This document shows positions 46,599-55,660 of a stretch of DNA of 64,000 nt, one piece after another; within the stretch, counting starts at the first letter, position 1, and each line of letters opens with the position of its first letter. The position numbers were made by a program, and so were the translations under genes. The notes under the pieces were generated by a model. That model saw only the letters and a list, made by a program, of their open reading frames with translations. It made no database searches and was not told where the DNA came from. The stretch spans positions 17,173-81,172 of the forward strand of contig JACIXC010000001.1 of assembly GCA_014360655.1 (NCBI GenBank), written 5' to 3'. This DNA is from Actinomycetota bacterium (GTDB lineage: Bacteria > Actinomycetota > Geothermincolia > Geothermincolales > RBG-13-55-18).

Positions 46599-48197
46599 TT
46601 AGCGCGCACGGATCATCCTCGCCGCCCCGAGGGAAGCAAGCAAGGCTCCCGCCGCGAACAACGATCCCATCATGATGAAGAGGTAGACTACGTCGAAGCC
46701 GGTGGCCGGCAGGGTCTGCTCCGCTCCCACCTGCACCTGCGGCTCCACCGGCGGCGTCACCACCTCTCCTCCCACCGGCACCCGGTTGAAGAAGTCCACC
46801 TTCTTTTTCTGCCCGGGAAGGAGGTCGAAGGTCACGGCCGTGGGCGCGGTGGCCTCGTAGCCGAAGGGAACGATCTCCTGCACGGTGTAACGGCCGGGCT
46901 TGAGGCCGCCGAAGGAATAAGCGCCACCGGCGGCGCTTTTCGTGCTGGCGACCGGCAGGCCGTCCGCGTCAAGGAGCTGGATGGTAACTTCATCCAAGCC
47001 GCTTTCTCCCTCGTCCGCCGTGCCGTTGCCGTTGGCATCCAGCCACTTGGTGCCCGCGATGGATGCGGGAAGAACTTCCTCCTGCTTGACCTCGATGTCC
47101 ACCTCCACCTCGTCCTCCAGCTCACCGATCCTGGCCTTGTTGTTCAGGGTGTAGGTCCCCGCGGCCTCGGCGGTGAGTTCCTTGGTAATGAGCAGGGTGT
47201 AGGGAGCGGTGGCCAGGTCAAGCGACCAGGGCCCGGTCAGGGATGCCGCCGGGGCTCCGTTGACGGTCACGGACTTGATCTCGTATCCCAGCCCCGTGGG
47301 CGGGTCCACGCTCTCGATGTCCTCCAGGGTAACCACCTGCGGTCCGCCCGCCGCCGGCTTGTCGAAATCCTGCCGGCTGTGGAAGGTCCAAGTCTGCATG
47401 CCCGGCTTGGGCGGATCGGGCTTGTTGCTGATGGTGATCTCGATGAGGTTGCTCATGGAGCTGACGCTGGAGAGCGCCACCGGCAGGGTGAAGGTTCCCT
47501 CGTAGGAATAGACGTGCGGCCCACCTGTAGGTATGGCGTTGTCTCCCAGGGGGACGGTGGTGGTGATGCTCGAGGGGGCGGCAATCCAGCTCGGACCTCC
47601 GGCCTTGTACTCCACGGTGTCCGAGACGGCGGTCACGTCCGCCGGCCAGTCGCCCTTGTTCTGTACGAAGATGTTGCCGGTGATGTGATAGGTATCCGGG
47701 CTCAGGCCGGCCGTCACCTCTATGGTGAAGGTGATCTCCTTCTTCTCGCCCACGGTCATCTCCAGGTAGTCCTCGGAAGCCGTCTTTTCCAGTCCTATCT
47801 CCGGGTCCACGGCCTCCACCAGGTCCACGTCCTTCCAGACGTCCAGGCTGGTGACCTCCCAGGGGTCAGGACCGTTCTCGATGGAGAGGGCAGCGGCCTT
47901 GAGATCAGAGGAAGGCGCCTGTTCCGCCTCCCCATCTTCCCCCGCTTCCGCCGCCGCGGCTTCCCCCGCGTAAGGCGTTTCCGCGGACGTTGCCTCCAAC
48001 CCCGGAGACTCGTCCTCCGCCTCTTCTCCTATTCCCGATTCCTCGCCGCGCTCTCCGGTGGACTGGACGATATCGCCCTTACCCGATGCCGCAACAGGCA
48101 TAAAGGGAGAGGCGAGGAAAAAGAGGAGCGCCGAGGCCAAGAGAATAATCGCTGATCTTCTCAACATCTCGTTCATTTTGTTCACTCCTTTCGCCAT
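46599..48197 (-). CDS. LPXTG-anchored cell-surface protein with SdrD-B/Cna-B-like domain
   Basis: 532 aa. Signal peptide. Acidic Glu/Ala-rich spacer. Cna-B-like GTKWLDANGNGTADEGESGLDEVTIQLLDADG...GRYTV. C-terminal LPATG + hydrophobic helix + ARMIRAR sorting signal. Confidence 0.8.
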   Translation of the reverse strand: MAKGVNKMNEMLRRSAIILLASALLFFLASPFMPVAASGKGDIVQSTGERGEESGIGEEAEDESPGLEATSAETPYAGEAAAAEAGEDGEAEQAPSSDLKAAALSIENGPDPWEVTSLDVWKDVDLVEAVDPEIGLEKTASEDYLEMTVGEKKEITFTIEVTAGLSPDTYHITGNIFVQNKGDWPADVTAVSDTVEYKAGGPSWIAAPSSITTTVPLGDNAIPTGGPHVYSYEGTFTLPVALSSVSSMSNLIEITISNKPDPPKPGMQTWTFHSRQDFDKPAAGGPQVVTLEDIESVDPPTGLGYEIKSVTVNGAPAASLTGPWSLDLATAPYTLLITKELTAEAAGTYTLNNKARIGELEDEVEVDIEVKQEEVLPASIAGTKWLDANGNGTADEGESGLDEVTIQLLDADGLPVASTKSAAGGAYSFGGLKPGRYTVQEIVPFGYEATAPTAVTFDLLPGQKKKVDFFNRVPVGGEVVTPPVEPQVQVGAEQTLPATGFDVVYLFIMMGSLFAAGALLASLGAARMIRAR

Positions 48198-48317
48198 ACA
48201 AGAAACCGACCTCTATGTGAAGAGGCCGGTTTCACTGTTAGCTCCCGGCGGCTCCCGAGTGACCAAACTACAAGCCGCCTTTCAAAGCTTCCTCTTGCTC
48301 TTTAGATAATTCTAACA

Positions 48318-48332
48318 AATCCTATTAGGATT
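48318..48332. promoter_or_regulatory. Perfect 15-bp palindrome AATCCTATTAGGATT in an AT-rich island upstream of the LPXTG gene
   Basis: 7-bp arms around a central T. An additional AATCCTAC half-site at 48343-48350. The local AT-rich stretch (48300-48360) contrasts with the about 70% GC background. Confidence 0.4.
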
Positions 48333-48485
48333 TACAATTCATAATCCTACGATTAATCTACATGTGTTCCACGCCCTTCGCCATGATCCCGGTCATGACC
48401 GGGAAGGCCGGGCGCGGCCCATGCGGCTTTTCGCAGATCCCCCGCCACCGCTCCCCGGCCGCCGCGGCAATGCCAACGCATTTCC

Positions 48486-49784
48486 CTACGGGCGACGAAG
48501 CTTCTCGTAGACGGGGTTGGGGTGGAAGGGGTCGAGGCGGTAGTAACCGCCCGCGATGTCCATCTTCAGCTGCTGGGGCACGGCGTCCAGGAGATGCAGG
48601 GTGCGCGCGTCCCTCCAGTACTTCTCCACGTGGTAATCGGTCACGTACCCGTAGGAGCCCATGAGCTCCATGGCCCGGTTGGTGACCTCCACCGCCGCAC
48701 GGCCGCAATGATGCCTCGCCATGGAGGCGCGGGAGAGCACCGCGGGAGAGGAGCGTAGGCCTTTCTCCGCCTGGTCGAAGACGCGCGCCGCGCAGGCGTA
48801 GGCATCCCTTCCCGTCTGGATGGCGGTGGCGATGTCCGCCAGTATGCAGGCGCAGACGCTGTGCTGGCGGATGGGCTTCCCGGCCGCCAGGCGCTCGCTG
48901 GTGAAGTCCAGCACCTCCTCGAAGGCACCCTGGGCCACGCCCACGCACGATGCCGCCCCCAGCAGGCGGGAAAAGGCCAGGTTGTCCAGGAGTATCTCGG
49001 CGTCCTCTTCCGGCCCAGCCGCCCTATCGGAAAGGGGAACCCTTACCCCCTCCAGCCGTATGTCCCCGAAGGACGCGGAGAGCAGTCCCGCTGTCTCCCG
49101 GCGGCCCAGGAAACGGAAACCCTCGTCCGTCGCCTCGCAGTAGACCAGGACCAGGCCTTCCCTCCCGCGGGAGGGGTCCTCGCCGGCTGTGACGCAATAG
49201 ATGCCCGCCTGGCCCGCGTTCGGGCACCAGACCTTGCCGCCGTGCAGCTTCCAGCCCCCCTTGGCCCGAACCGCCTTCGTTTCCAGGTTCGATCCCAGCA
49301 GCGCGACGTTCAGGACATCCCCGGTGGCGGGCTCTTCGTGGACGGCCAGGCAACCCTGGCGGATCTCCTCGCTGCGCGCAAAATGCGGGGAGAAGCGGCG
49401 CAGAAGCTCTTCGTTGCCGGCCAGAACGGCCGGCCGCAGGGCCAGTATCGTCCCCGCCACCACCTGGAAGAGGGAGGCGTCCCCGCGGCTCACCTCCTCC
49501 GCCGCCAGGGCCAGGGTGAGGGCCGACCCCAGGCCCGAGCCCCCGTACTCCTCGGGCAGCACCCCGCCGGGAAGGCCCAGCGGCTGAAGCTTGCGCAGCA
49601 GCCCGTTAAGGAGCGACCGCGATCCCGCCCTCGCCTCCCGGTCCAGCTCCCTCCTCACCGGCATGACCTCCCGGTCGACGAATTCCCTGAGGGATTCCAT
49701 GAGCATGTGGTCCTCTGGCCCCAGGAGATCCGCGACGAAACGTCCTGCGCCGTTTTCCGGTGATGTCCGGGCCATCCTGCTCAC
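48486..49784 (-). CDS. Acyl-CoA dehydrogenase-like protein, catalytic-base motif divergent (RDARTLHLLDAVPQQ)
   Basis: 432 aa. ACAD fold. Position of IYEGT reads LLDAV. Confidence 0.75.
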   Translation of the reverse strand: MSRMARTSPENGAGRFVADLLGPEDHMLMESLREFVDREVMPVRRELDREARAGSRSLLNGLLRKLQPLGLPGGVLPEEYGGSGLGSALTLALAAEEVSRGDASLFQVVAGTILALRPAVLAGNEELLRRFSPHFARSEEIRQGCLAVHEEPATGDVLNVALLGSNLETKAVRAKGGWKLHGGKVWCPNAGQAGIYCVTAGEDPSRGREGLVLVYCEATDEGFRFLGRRETAGLLSASFGDIRLEGVRVPLSDRAAGPEEDAEILLDNLAFSRLLGAASCVGVAQGAFEEVLDFTSERLAAGKPIRQHSVCACILADIATAIQTGRDAYACAARVFDQAEKGLRSSPAVLSRASMARHHCGRAAVEVTNRAMELMGSYGYVTDYHVEKYWRDARTLHLLDAVPQQLKMDIAGGYYRLDPFHPNPVYEKLRRP

Positions 49785-49842
49785 CCCCCGAGATGCCGCG
49801 GGCCGCCGCCCGTCATGTCATTCTTCCCATATATTTCCATGT

Positions 49843-51147
49843 CTACCCTCGCTTTCCTCGCCGGGACTGCGCCGCCTCGTAGAGATCGTTAGGGTAAAAC
49901 TGGTCGTAGGGGTAGTAGCCCCGGGCGACGTCCATGCGTCCCAGCTGGGCGCCGCCCTCCCAGAGCTGGATTATCTTGTTGTCCCGCCAGTACTTCTCCA
50001 CGTTGCGGGCGCGTTCCGCGCCGTACATGCCCATGAGCTCCATGGCCCTGTTGGTCACCTCCACCGCCATGTCGCAGCAGAAGACCTTGGCCAGCGTGGA
50101 GCGCGAGAGCATGTGCCGCGAGGTGCGCGAGCCGTAGGTCTCGGGATGGTCGAACATGTAGGCGGCGTTCACGTAGGAGTCCCTCCCCACCTGGATGCCG
50201 ATGGCCATGTCCGCCAGCAGGTTGGCCGCCTCGCTGTGCTGGCGGAGGGGCCTCCCGGCGAGCTTGTGGTCGCGGGCGAAGGCCAGGACCTCGTCGAAGG
50301 CCCCCTGCGCGATACCCACCGCCCACGAGGCGCTGAAAAGGCGGGCGAAGATGAGGTTGTCGTGCAGGAGCACGGCGTCCTTTCCCGGCCCCGCCGCCCG
50401 GTACGCCCGGGGCACGCGCACGGCGTCGAAGTAGAAATCCCCCTCGCGGCTGGCGCGGAATCCCGCCTTGTCCTCGAACCTCCCGAAGCTGAACCCTTCC
50501 GTGGGGACGGGCACGTAGATGAGGGCGATGCCCTCGTCCCCCAGCTCGGGATCGGTGTTGCACACCACGCAGTAGACGTCGGCGATGCCGGAGTTGGTGG
50601 GCCACACCTTGGCCCCGTCGATCACCCATTCGTCCCCGTCCAGCACCGCCCGGGTATGGATGCCCCTGCCGTGCATGTCCACGTTCTCGATGTTGCATCC
50701 CCCGGAGGGCTCGGTCATGGCGAAACAGGCCACGTAGGGTTCCCCGCTCGTGAAGCGGGGGGCGAAATCCTCCAGCAACGTGCGGTTGCAGGCTATCACC
50801 GCCGGCCGGAAGGCCCAGGCCCCGCCTCCCAGGGCGGCGATGCAGGCCGGCTCCCCGCGCCCGAACTCCTCCACGATCACGCAGTAGGTGAGGGCGGAGG
50901 TCAGGTTCCAGCCCCCGTACTCCGGGGGGAGGAAGGCGCCCTGGAAGCCCAGGCCGACCAGCTTCCTCTGCACCTCCTCCACCAGGGCGAAATCGCCGCG
51001 GGTGCTCGCCTCCATCTCCCTGCGGATGGGCATGATCTCCCGGTCGATGAAATCCCTTATCAGGTCGATGAGGAACGTGTCCCCGGGGCCCACCAGCTCC
51101 CGCATGAACCTGTTCTCGCGCCTCTCGATGGAGATGGGCTCATCCAT
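49843..51147 (-). CDS. Acyl-CoA dehydrogenase (catalytic Glu present: RDNKIIQLWEGGAQ)
   Basis: 434 aa. ACAD fold. Tandem with and upstream of 48486-49784. Confidence 0.8.
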   Translation of the reverse strand: MDEPISIERRENRFMRELVGPGDTFLIDLIRDFIDREIMPIRREMEASTRGDFALVEEVQRKLVGLGFQGAFLPPEYGGWNLTSALTYCVIVEEFGRGEPACIAALGGGAWAFRPAVIACNRTLLEDFAPRFTSGEPYVACFAMTEPSGGCNIENVDMHGRGIHTRAVLDGDEWVIDGAKVWPTNSGIADVYCVVCNTDPELGDEGIALIYVPVPTEGFSFGRFEDKAGFRASREGDFYFDAVRVPRAYRAAGPGKDAVLLHDNLIFARLFSASWAVGIAQGAFDEVLAFARDHKLAGRPLRQHSEAANLLADMAIGIQVGRDSYVNAAYMFDHPETYGSRTSRHMLSRSTLAKVFCCDMAVEVTNRAMELMGMYGAERARNVEKYWRDNKIIQLWEGGAQLGRMDVARGYYPYDQFYPNDLYEAAQSRRGKRG

Positions 51148-51300
51148 GTTTCCCTCCCTTCAGCCGGTCAGCTTCTACGCACGCGTGCCGCGAGCCGTAC
51201 CGCCGCGTTTCTCCGGCGTACGCTCCCTCTCCTGCACCCCGCAGGGCGTTTCCTTCCCACCGCGCATCTCCCTCCGGCGAGACGCTGCCCGGCTCCCTCC

Positions 51301-52383
51301 CTATTCCTCCTCGGGCGACAGCAGGTAGGAAACGGTGGAGGGGCCCTGGAAAGACCATTCCACCCTGGCCTTTCTTCCCTCCATGGCCTGGTAATAGGCG
51401 GCCATCCTTCCCGCCAGGAGGTATTCGTCGTATGGATTGTCTATCCATACCCGCAGTATGCCGCCGGAGGTGAACTCCACCTCGGTGGCCAGCCCGTACC
51501 CGTAGAGAGGTAGGATGGAGAGCATCTCCTGCAGCAGCTGTCCCCGCTCCTCCGCCACCCCGCGTATCCCCAGGTCCTCCAGCATGCGCAGGGTGTGTTC
51601 CCTCTCCGCATCCACGATGATGGGGATCACGGCCTCCCCCAGCTCCCTCACCAGCTCCCTGGTCACCAGGCGCACGGAATGCGCTTCCCAGTTGATCATG
51701 CGTATCCCCCGGCGCCTTTCCACGATGATCCCTTCCTCTTCCCTCCACTCCAGGTTCCTTAGCGGCAGGGGGAGACCGCAGCGGGGGCAGACGTGATGGC
51801 GGTGATCTCCTCCCTTCACCGGGGTGAAATCGACCTCGAGGCGCGCGGAGTGTTCCGGTTTCGACTCCACGACCTCGACGCGCAGCAGGTAGTCATCTTC
51901 CATTTCTTTCCATGTAGCGCGCAGGGGCCGCCTCTCCAGGGCCTCGAAGGCACCCACCACCACCGCGGCCATGAGATCGATGTCCCAGGGATTGCGCAGC
52001 AGCGCCTCCCCGAACCTGCCCGGCCTGTATCTCACGGTGCGCGAATGCGCCGTCCCGGTGAGCGCCGCGAGGTCATGAAAGAAATGCACGGCGCCGCGCC
52101 GGAAAGGGGGGATGCGCAGGGTGAGGCGCTTGGTGAACGTGTCGAGCAGGGCCTCCACCACCACGCGCACGGAGTTGCGTTCCGCCTCGTAGAAGATGCG
52201 GTTGACGGGAAAGCCAAGCCCTTCCGAAATGCGCTGCCTGATCTTCGGAAGAAGGTCCGCCTCGAAAAAAACCTGCCGGATGCGGGGATCTCCCACGCTC
52301 ACGATGGTGCCGTTGGGCATCCAGCGGTTGAGTCGGGCGACAATCCTGGGGCTGCCGCATACCTGGCAGCGCCTGTACCTCAC
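51301..52383 (-). CDS. Hypothetical protein with two zinc-ribbon-like CxxC pairs
   Basis: 360 aa. CQVCGSPRI at the N-terminus and HHVCPRCGLP mid-protein. No family recognised. Confidence 0.5.
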   Translation of the reverse strand: MRYRRCQVCGSPRIVARLNRWMPNGTIVSVGDPRIRQVFFEADLLPKIRQRISEGLGFPVNRIFYEAERNSVRVVVEALLDTFTKRLTLRIPPFRRGAVHFFHDLAALTGTAHSRTVRYRPGRFGEALLRNPWDIDLMAAVVVGAFEALERRPLRATWKEMEDDYLLRVEVVESKPEHSARLEVDFTPVKGGDHRHHVCPRCGLPLPLRNLEWREEEGIIVERRRGIRMINWEAHSVRLVTRELVRELGEAVIPIIVDAEREHTLRMLEDLGIRGVAEERGQLLQEMLSILPLYGYGLATEVEFTSGGILRVWIDNPYDEYLLAGRMAAYYQAMEGRKARVEWSFQGPSTVSYLLSPEEE

Positions 52384-52634
52384 TCGTTCCCCCTGCCGTC
52401 GGCTGTGTACCCTTTACCCGTCGAAACGCGGTGCCGCAACGACACGCGGAGACCCCGTTTCGCCGCTACAGAATATATACCCACTCGGGCGCGGTGGTAA
52501 AATGCGGGGCGCCGACGGCGTCCCTCGAAACAGGAAAAACCGGAAGGGTGAGGGGTGGCGCGGGAAAAGTCGCCGCGTTCCCTTGCCGGGATGATACCGG
52601 GCATACGAAAAGAGGTGCCGACGGCAGGAACTTG

Positions 52635-52719
52635 TGGTGCCCGGGGCGGGAGTCGAACCCGCACGGGATAACCCGAGGGAGTTTAAGTCCCTTGTGTCTA
52701 CCGGTTCCACCACCCGGGC
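52635..52719 (-). tRNA. tRNA-Leu (anticodon UAA), type II with long variable arm
   Basis: Minus-strand sequence GCCCGGGTGGTGGAACCGGTAGACACAAGGGACTTAAACTCCCTCGGGTTATCCCGTGCGGGTTCGACTCCCGCCCCGGGCACCA. 7-bp acceptor stem. Anticodon loop CTTAAAC. GGTTCGACTCC T-arm. Encoded CCA. Closely resembles E. coli leuZ. Confidence 0.85.
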
Positions 52720-53012
52720 GCCTGACGATACCTTCGGGATGCGGCCATGCGAGATGCCTGCGCAGTGCCTTGCGCTTCCCCACACCGGCACTCCATGCAT
52801 CACGGCGTTACCGCGACACGGATAACATGAATATGATACGACCTTTCCGCCCGCCCGCTCAACATGCGCGTTATGTCATCCCCGCCTGCTCGACATCATC
52901 GGGAAGCGCTCACGAAACCATGAAGGCATGAAGGCGTGACCTGGCGTGTTCATGTTTCCGGGTATGCGCCCAGGGCACGCGGCGAGCGGGCCCCCGGCGC
53001 GACTGGCGGCCG

Positions 53013-53390
53013 CTAACAGGCGGAGGGACCCGCCAGGGACCTCACCGCCTCCACCAGTTGCGACGGCTCGAAGGGCTTCGTCATGTAGAGGTCGGCGCCC
53101 ATTGACAGGGCCTTCTCCCTGTCCTCGCTGAGGATGCGCACGGTGAGGATGATGACGGGGATCTCCCTCGTCTCGTCGTCCTCCTTGAGCATCTTGAGTA
53201 TCTCGAAGCCGTCCACCTCCGGCATCATGAGGTCGAGGATGATCACGTCGGGCTTCCCCAGCTTCACCGACCGCCGGGCCTCCGCCCTCTCCTCCATGCC
53301 CTCCACCTGGAATCCCTCCTGTTCCAGGATGATCTTCACCAAGCGGTGGATTGCCGGCTCGTCATCTATCACAAGAATCCTTTTCCCCAT
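53013..53390 (-). CDS. Single-domain response regulator (CheY-like receiver)
   Basis: 125 aa from ATG 53390 (SD GGAGAGAGGG). MGKRILVIDDE...DVIILDLMMP...TVRILSE...K receiver signature. Confidence 0.8.
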   Translation of the reverse strand: MGKRILVIDDEPAIHRLVKIILEQEGFQVEGMEERAEARRSVKLGKPDVIILDLMMPEVDGFEILKMLKEDDETREIPVIILTVRILSEDREKALSMGADLYMTKPFEPSQLVEAVRSLAGPSAC

Positions 53391-53467
53391 ATTCCCTCTC
53401 TCCGGCGTGGATGAACCTCGCTTCCCGTCTTTGCTTGCGCACATTGTATAATGGAAGCGATTCCCGT

Positions 53468-54502
53468 TCAAGTTCCGTGTGAGCCAGGTGCTTCGGGACG
53501 CGCCCTCCCGCCACGGGCTGCGTGCGAGCATCCGGCCGCCTCCAGCGCCAGGCCGTCGAGGATGTCCTTCTCGCTCACCAGCAGGCTGTCCAGGGCGAGC
53601 TCACGCATGAACACCGCCAGCACGCCGCAACCGCCAACTATCACGTCCGCCCGCCCCGGCTCCAGGCGCATGAGGTCGCGCCTCGCGGCGCAGGGGAGAG
53701 CGGAGAGCGTCGCGTAGAGTTCCTCCACGTCCCCTCGGGTCAGGCGGGTGTGGTGTATGGCATCGCCGTCGTACTCGCTCAGCCCCTGCCTCAAACCCGA
53801 GAGGGTGGTGACGGTCCCCGCCAGCCCCACGGCGAGCGAGGGCTCGTACGGCCCGATCTCCCGCGCGAGCGGCGCCATGCGCCCGCGCAGGAAGGCTTCC
53901 ATCTCCTCCCTCTCCCGCGGGGTGGGAGGATCCGTCTTGAGGAACCTCTCGCTCATGCGCACGCAGCCCACGTCCAGGCTCCAATCCCTTATCACCTCGC
54001 CGCCACGCCCCAGGATTATCTCGGTGGAACCGCCCCCGATGTCCACCACCAGCAACGCCCTGCCGACCGGCTCGAGCTCGCCCAGGTCGTAGGTGGCGCC
54101 GACATAGGACAGGAAGGCCTCCTCCCTCCCCGTCAGCACCCGGGCGCCGGCGCCCATGACCCCCTTCACCATGGCCTGAAAGGCGGATGCGTTCGCCGCG
54201 TCGCGCACGGCGCTGGTGGCGGCTACCAGCAGGGCCGTGACTCCCTCCTCGCGCAGCAGTTCCCGGTACTCCTCCAGGACGCGCCCGGTGCGCTGCAGGG
54301 CTTCCCGCCGCAGCAACCCCGATTCGTCCACGCCCTCTCCCAACCGCGTTATGCGCATGCGCCGGTGCAGGGTACGCAGGGTCGGCGCCCCGCCACCTTC
54401 CGCCACCTCGGCGATGAGCAGGCGCACCGAGTTGGTCCCGATATCCACGGCGGCCGCCTTCACCGCTTCCTCCCCATGAAGCCAGCGCATTCCCCGCCAC
54501 AT
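53468..54502 (-). CDS. ppx: Exopolyphosphatase / guanosine pentaphosphate phosphohydrolase (Ppx/GppA)
   Basis: 344 aa. AAVDIGTNSVRLLIAEV N-terminal ASKHA motif and VVDIGGGSTE second phosphate motif. Confidence 0.85.
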   Translation of the reverse strand: MWRGMRWLHGEEAVKAAAVDIGTNSVRLLIAEVAEGGGAPTLRTLHRRMRITRLGEGVDESGLLRREALQRTGRVLEEYRELLREEGVTALLVAATSAVRDAANASAFQAMVKGVMGAGARVLTGREEAFLSYVGATYDLGELEPVGRALLVVDIGGGSTEIILGRGGEVIRDWSLDVGCVRMSERFLKTDPPTPREREEMEAFLRGRMAPLAREIGPYEPSLAVGLAGTVTTLSGLRQGLSEYDGDAIHHTRLTRGDVEELYATLSALPCAARRDLMRLEPGRADVIVGGCGVLAVFMRELALDSLLVSEKDILDGLALEAAGCSHAARGGRARPEAPGSHGT

Positions 54503-55044
54503 TCATCGCGCTGCACGTCGCCCAGCTCCGCGCATATCTCGGCTCCCACCGGGTTGGCGCCGCCTGCCAGGTAGTGGGCAAGGTGGGCGTGCAGGCACTT
54601 CAAGCCCCCAGCGACCGTCCCCCCGATGCCCTCCCTGTCGCCGTAGAGCGCCTCCACCCTCTCCGCGACTCCCAGCCGCCGCGCCCAGGCCGACCTCGCC
54701 TCGCGGTAGCCCTCCTCGGCCCTGCGCAACGCCGCGGCGAAATCCTCGTCGCCCTCCAGCCTGCGACGCAGTTCCTCCCTGAACCCGCTTCCCTCCAGAC
54801 GAGAAACGGCACGCTGCAACAGGGGACAGGTAAGCCAGAAGAGGGTGGGGAAGGGCGTGCCGTCCTCGAGAAGGGGCGAGGTGGCGATCACCTGCACCCT
54901 GCCGTGGGGGCAGCGCGAGGCGACCGCCACCTCGCCCCGCAACGGACGGCCGAGCTGCCTTTCCACCAGCAAGCGGTCCTCCTGCCGCATCTCTTCGCAA
55001 TGCACGGCTCCTCCAGCCATCTTCCCGCCCCGCGCACGGGGCAT
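54460..55044 (-). CDS. DUF501-domain protein
   Basis: 194 aa. CPHGRVQV and PFPTLFWLTCP motifs characteristic of DUF501. Immediately upstream of ppx, as in mycobacterial genomes. Confidence 0.6.
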   Translation of the reverse strand: MPRARGGKMAGGAVHCEEMRQEDRLLVERQLGRPLRGEVAVASRCPHGRVQVIATSPLLEDGTPFPTLFWLTCPLLQRAVSRLEGSGFREELRRRLEGDEDFAAALRRAEEGYREARSAWARRLGVAERVEALYGDREGIGGTVAGGLKCLHAHLAHYLAGGANPVGAEICAELGDVQRDECGGECAGFMGRKR

Positions 55045-55071
55045 CCGGGAGGAAACGCGCCGCGGCCCCGT

Positions 55072-55500
55072 TCACCGGCGCGACGCTATGAACACCTTGA
55101 AGTCGGCGACCGCCATGCTCTCGCCCTTCTGGTTCTTCACCTCCATGAGGAAGGAGACCACGCCTCCGCGCTCGTCCTTCTCCCGCTTGTCGACCACCTC
55201 CGCCTCCACGTGCAAGGTGTCTCCTATCTTCGTGGGGTTCACGAAGCGCACGCGATCCATGCCGTAGAAAGCGATGAGGGCCCACTCCGTGAGCGGCATG
55301 AGCCCCGTCGCCACCGAGAGCACCAGCATGCCGTGGGCTATCCTCTCCCCGAAGGGGCTCCTCGCCGCGTACTCCCGGTCCACGTGCAGGGGATACCAGT
55401 CGCCGCTGAAGGCCGCGAACATGACTATGTCCGCCTCGGTCACGGTACGTCCGCGGGTCACGAGCTTCTCCCCCACCTTGAAATCCTGGTAGTACAACAT
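55072..55500 (-). CDS. MaoC-like (R)-specific enoyl-CoA hydratase (hot-dog fold)
   Basis: 142 aa. DWYPLHVDREYA...GERIAHGML hydratase-2 motif. Confidence 0.8.
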   Translation of the reverse strand: MLYYQDFKVGEKLVTRGRTVTEADIVMFAAFSGDWYPLHVDREYAARSPFGERIAHGMLVLSVATGLMPLTEWALIAFYGMDRVRFVNPTKIGDTLHVEAEVVDKREKDERGGVVSFLMEVKNQKGESMAVADFKVFIASRR

Positions 55501-55660
55501 GGGCTTTCACTCCTTCCTCGCCTCTTCTTCCTCGCCGCTCGCCGGCTTTGCCTCATGCCTGAGTATACCCCATCTGCGCACCTTCCACGGAAGGGTTGAC
55601 CCCCCGCGCCCTGGGGACTATCTTAAGGGCATGGTTATGTTAAGTGGAGATTAATACATC

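Noticed and set aside
51301-52719. Prophage or integrative element at tRNA-Leu
   Set aside because: No integrase, recombinase, or duplicated tRNA 3' end seen within the window. Neighbouring genes are metabolic.
52431-52931. 166-aa plus-strand ORF and several minus ORFs overlapping the tRNA-Leu region
   Set aside because: They overlap a well-formed tRNA gene and have no coding features.
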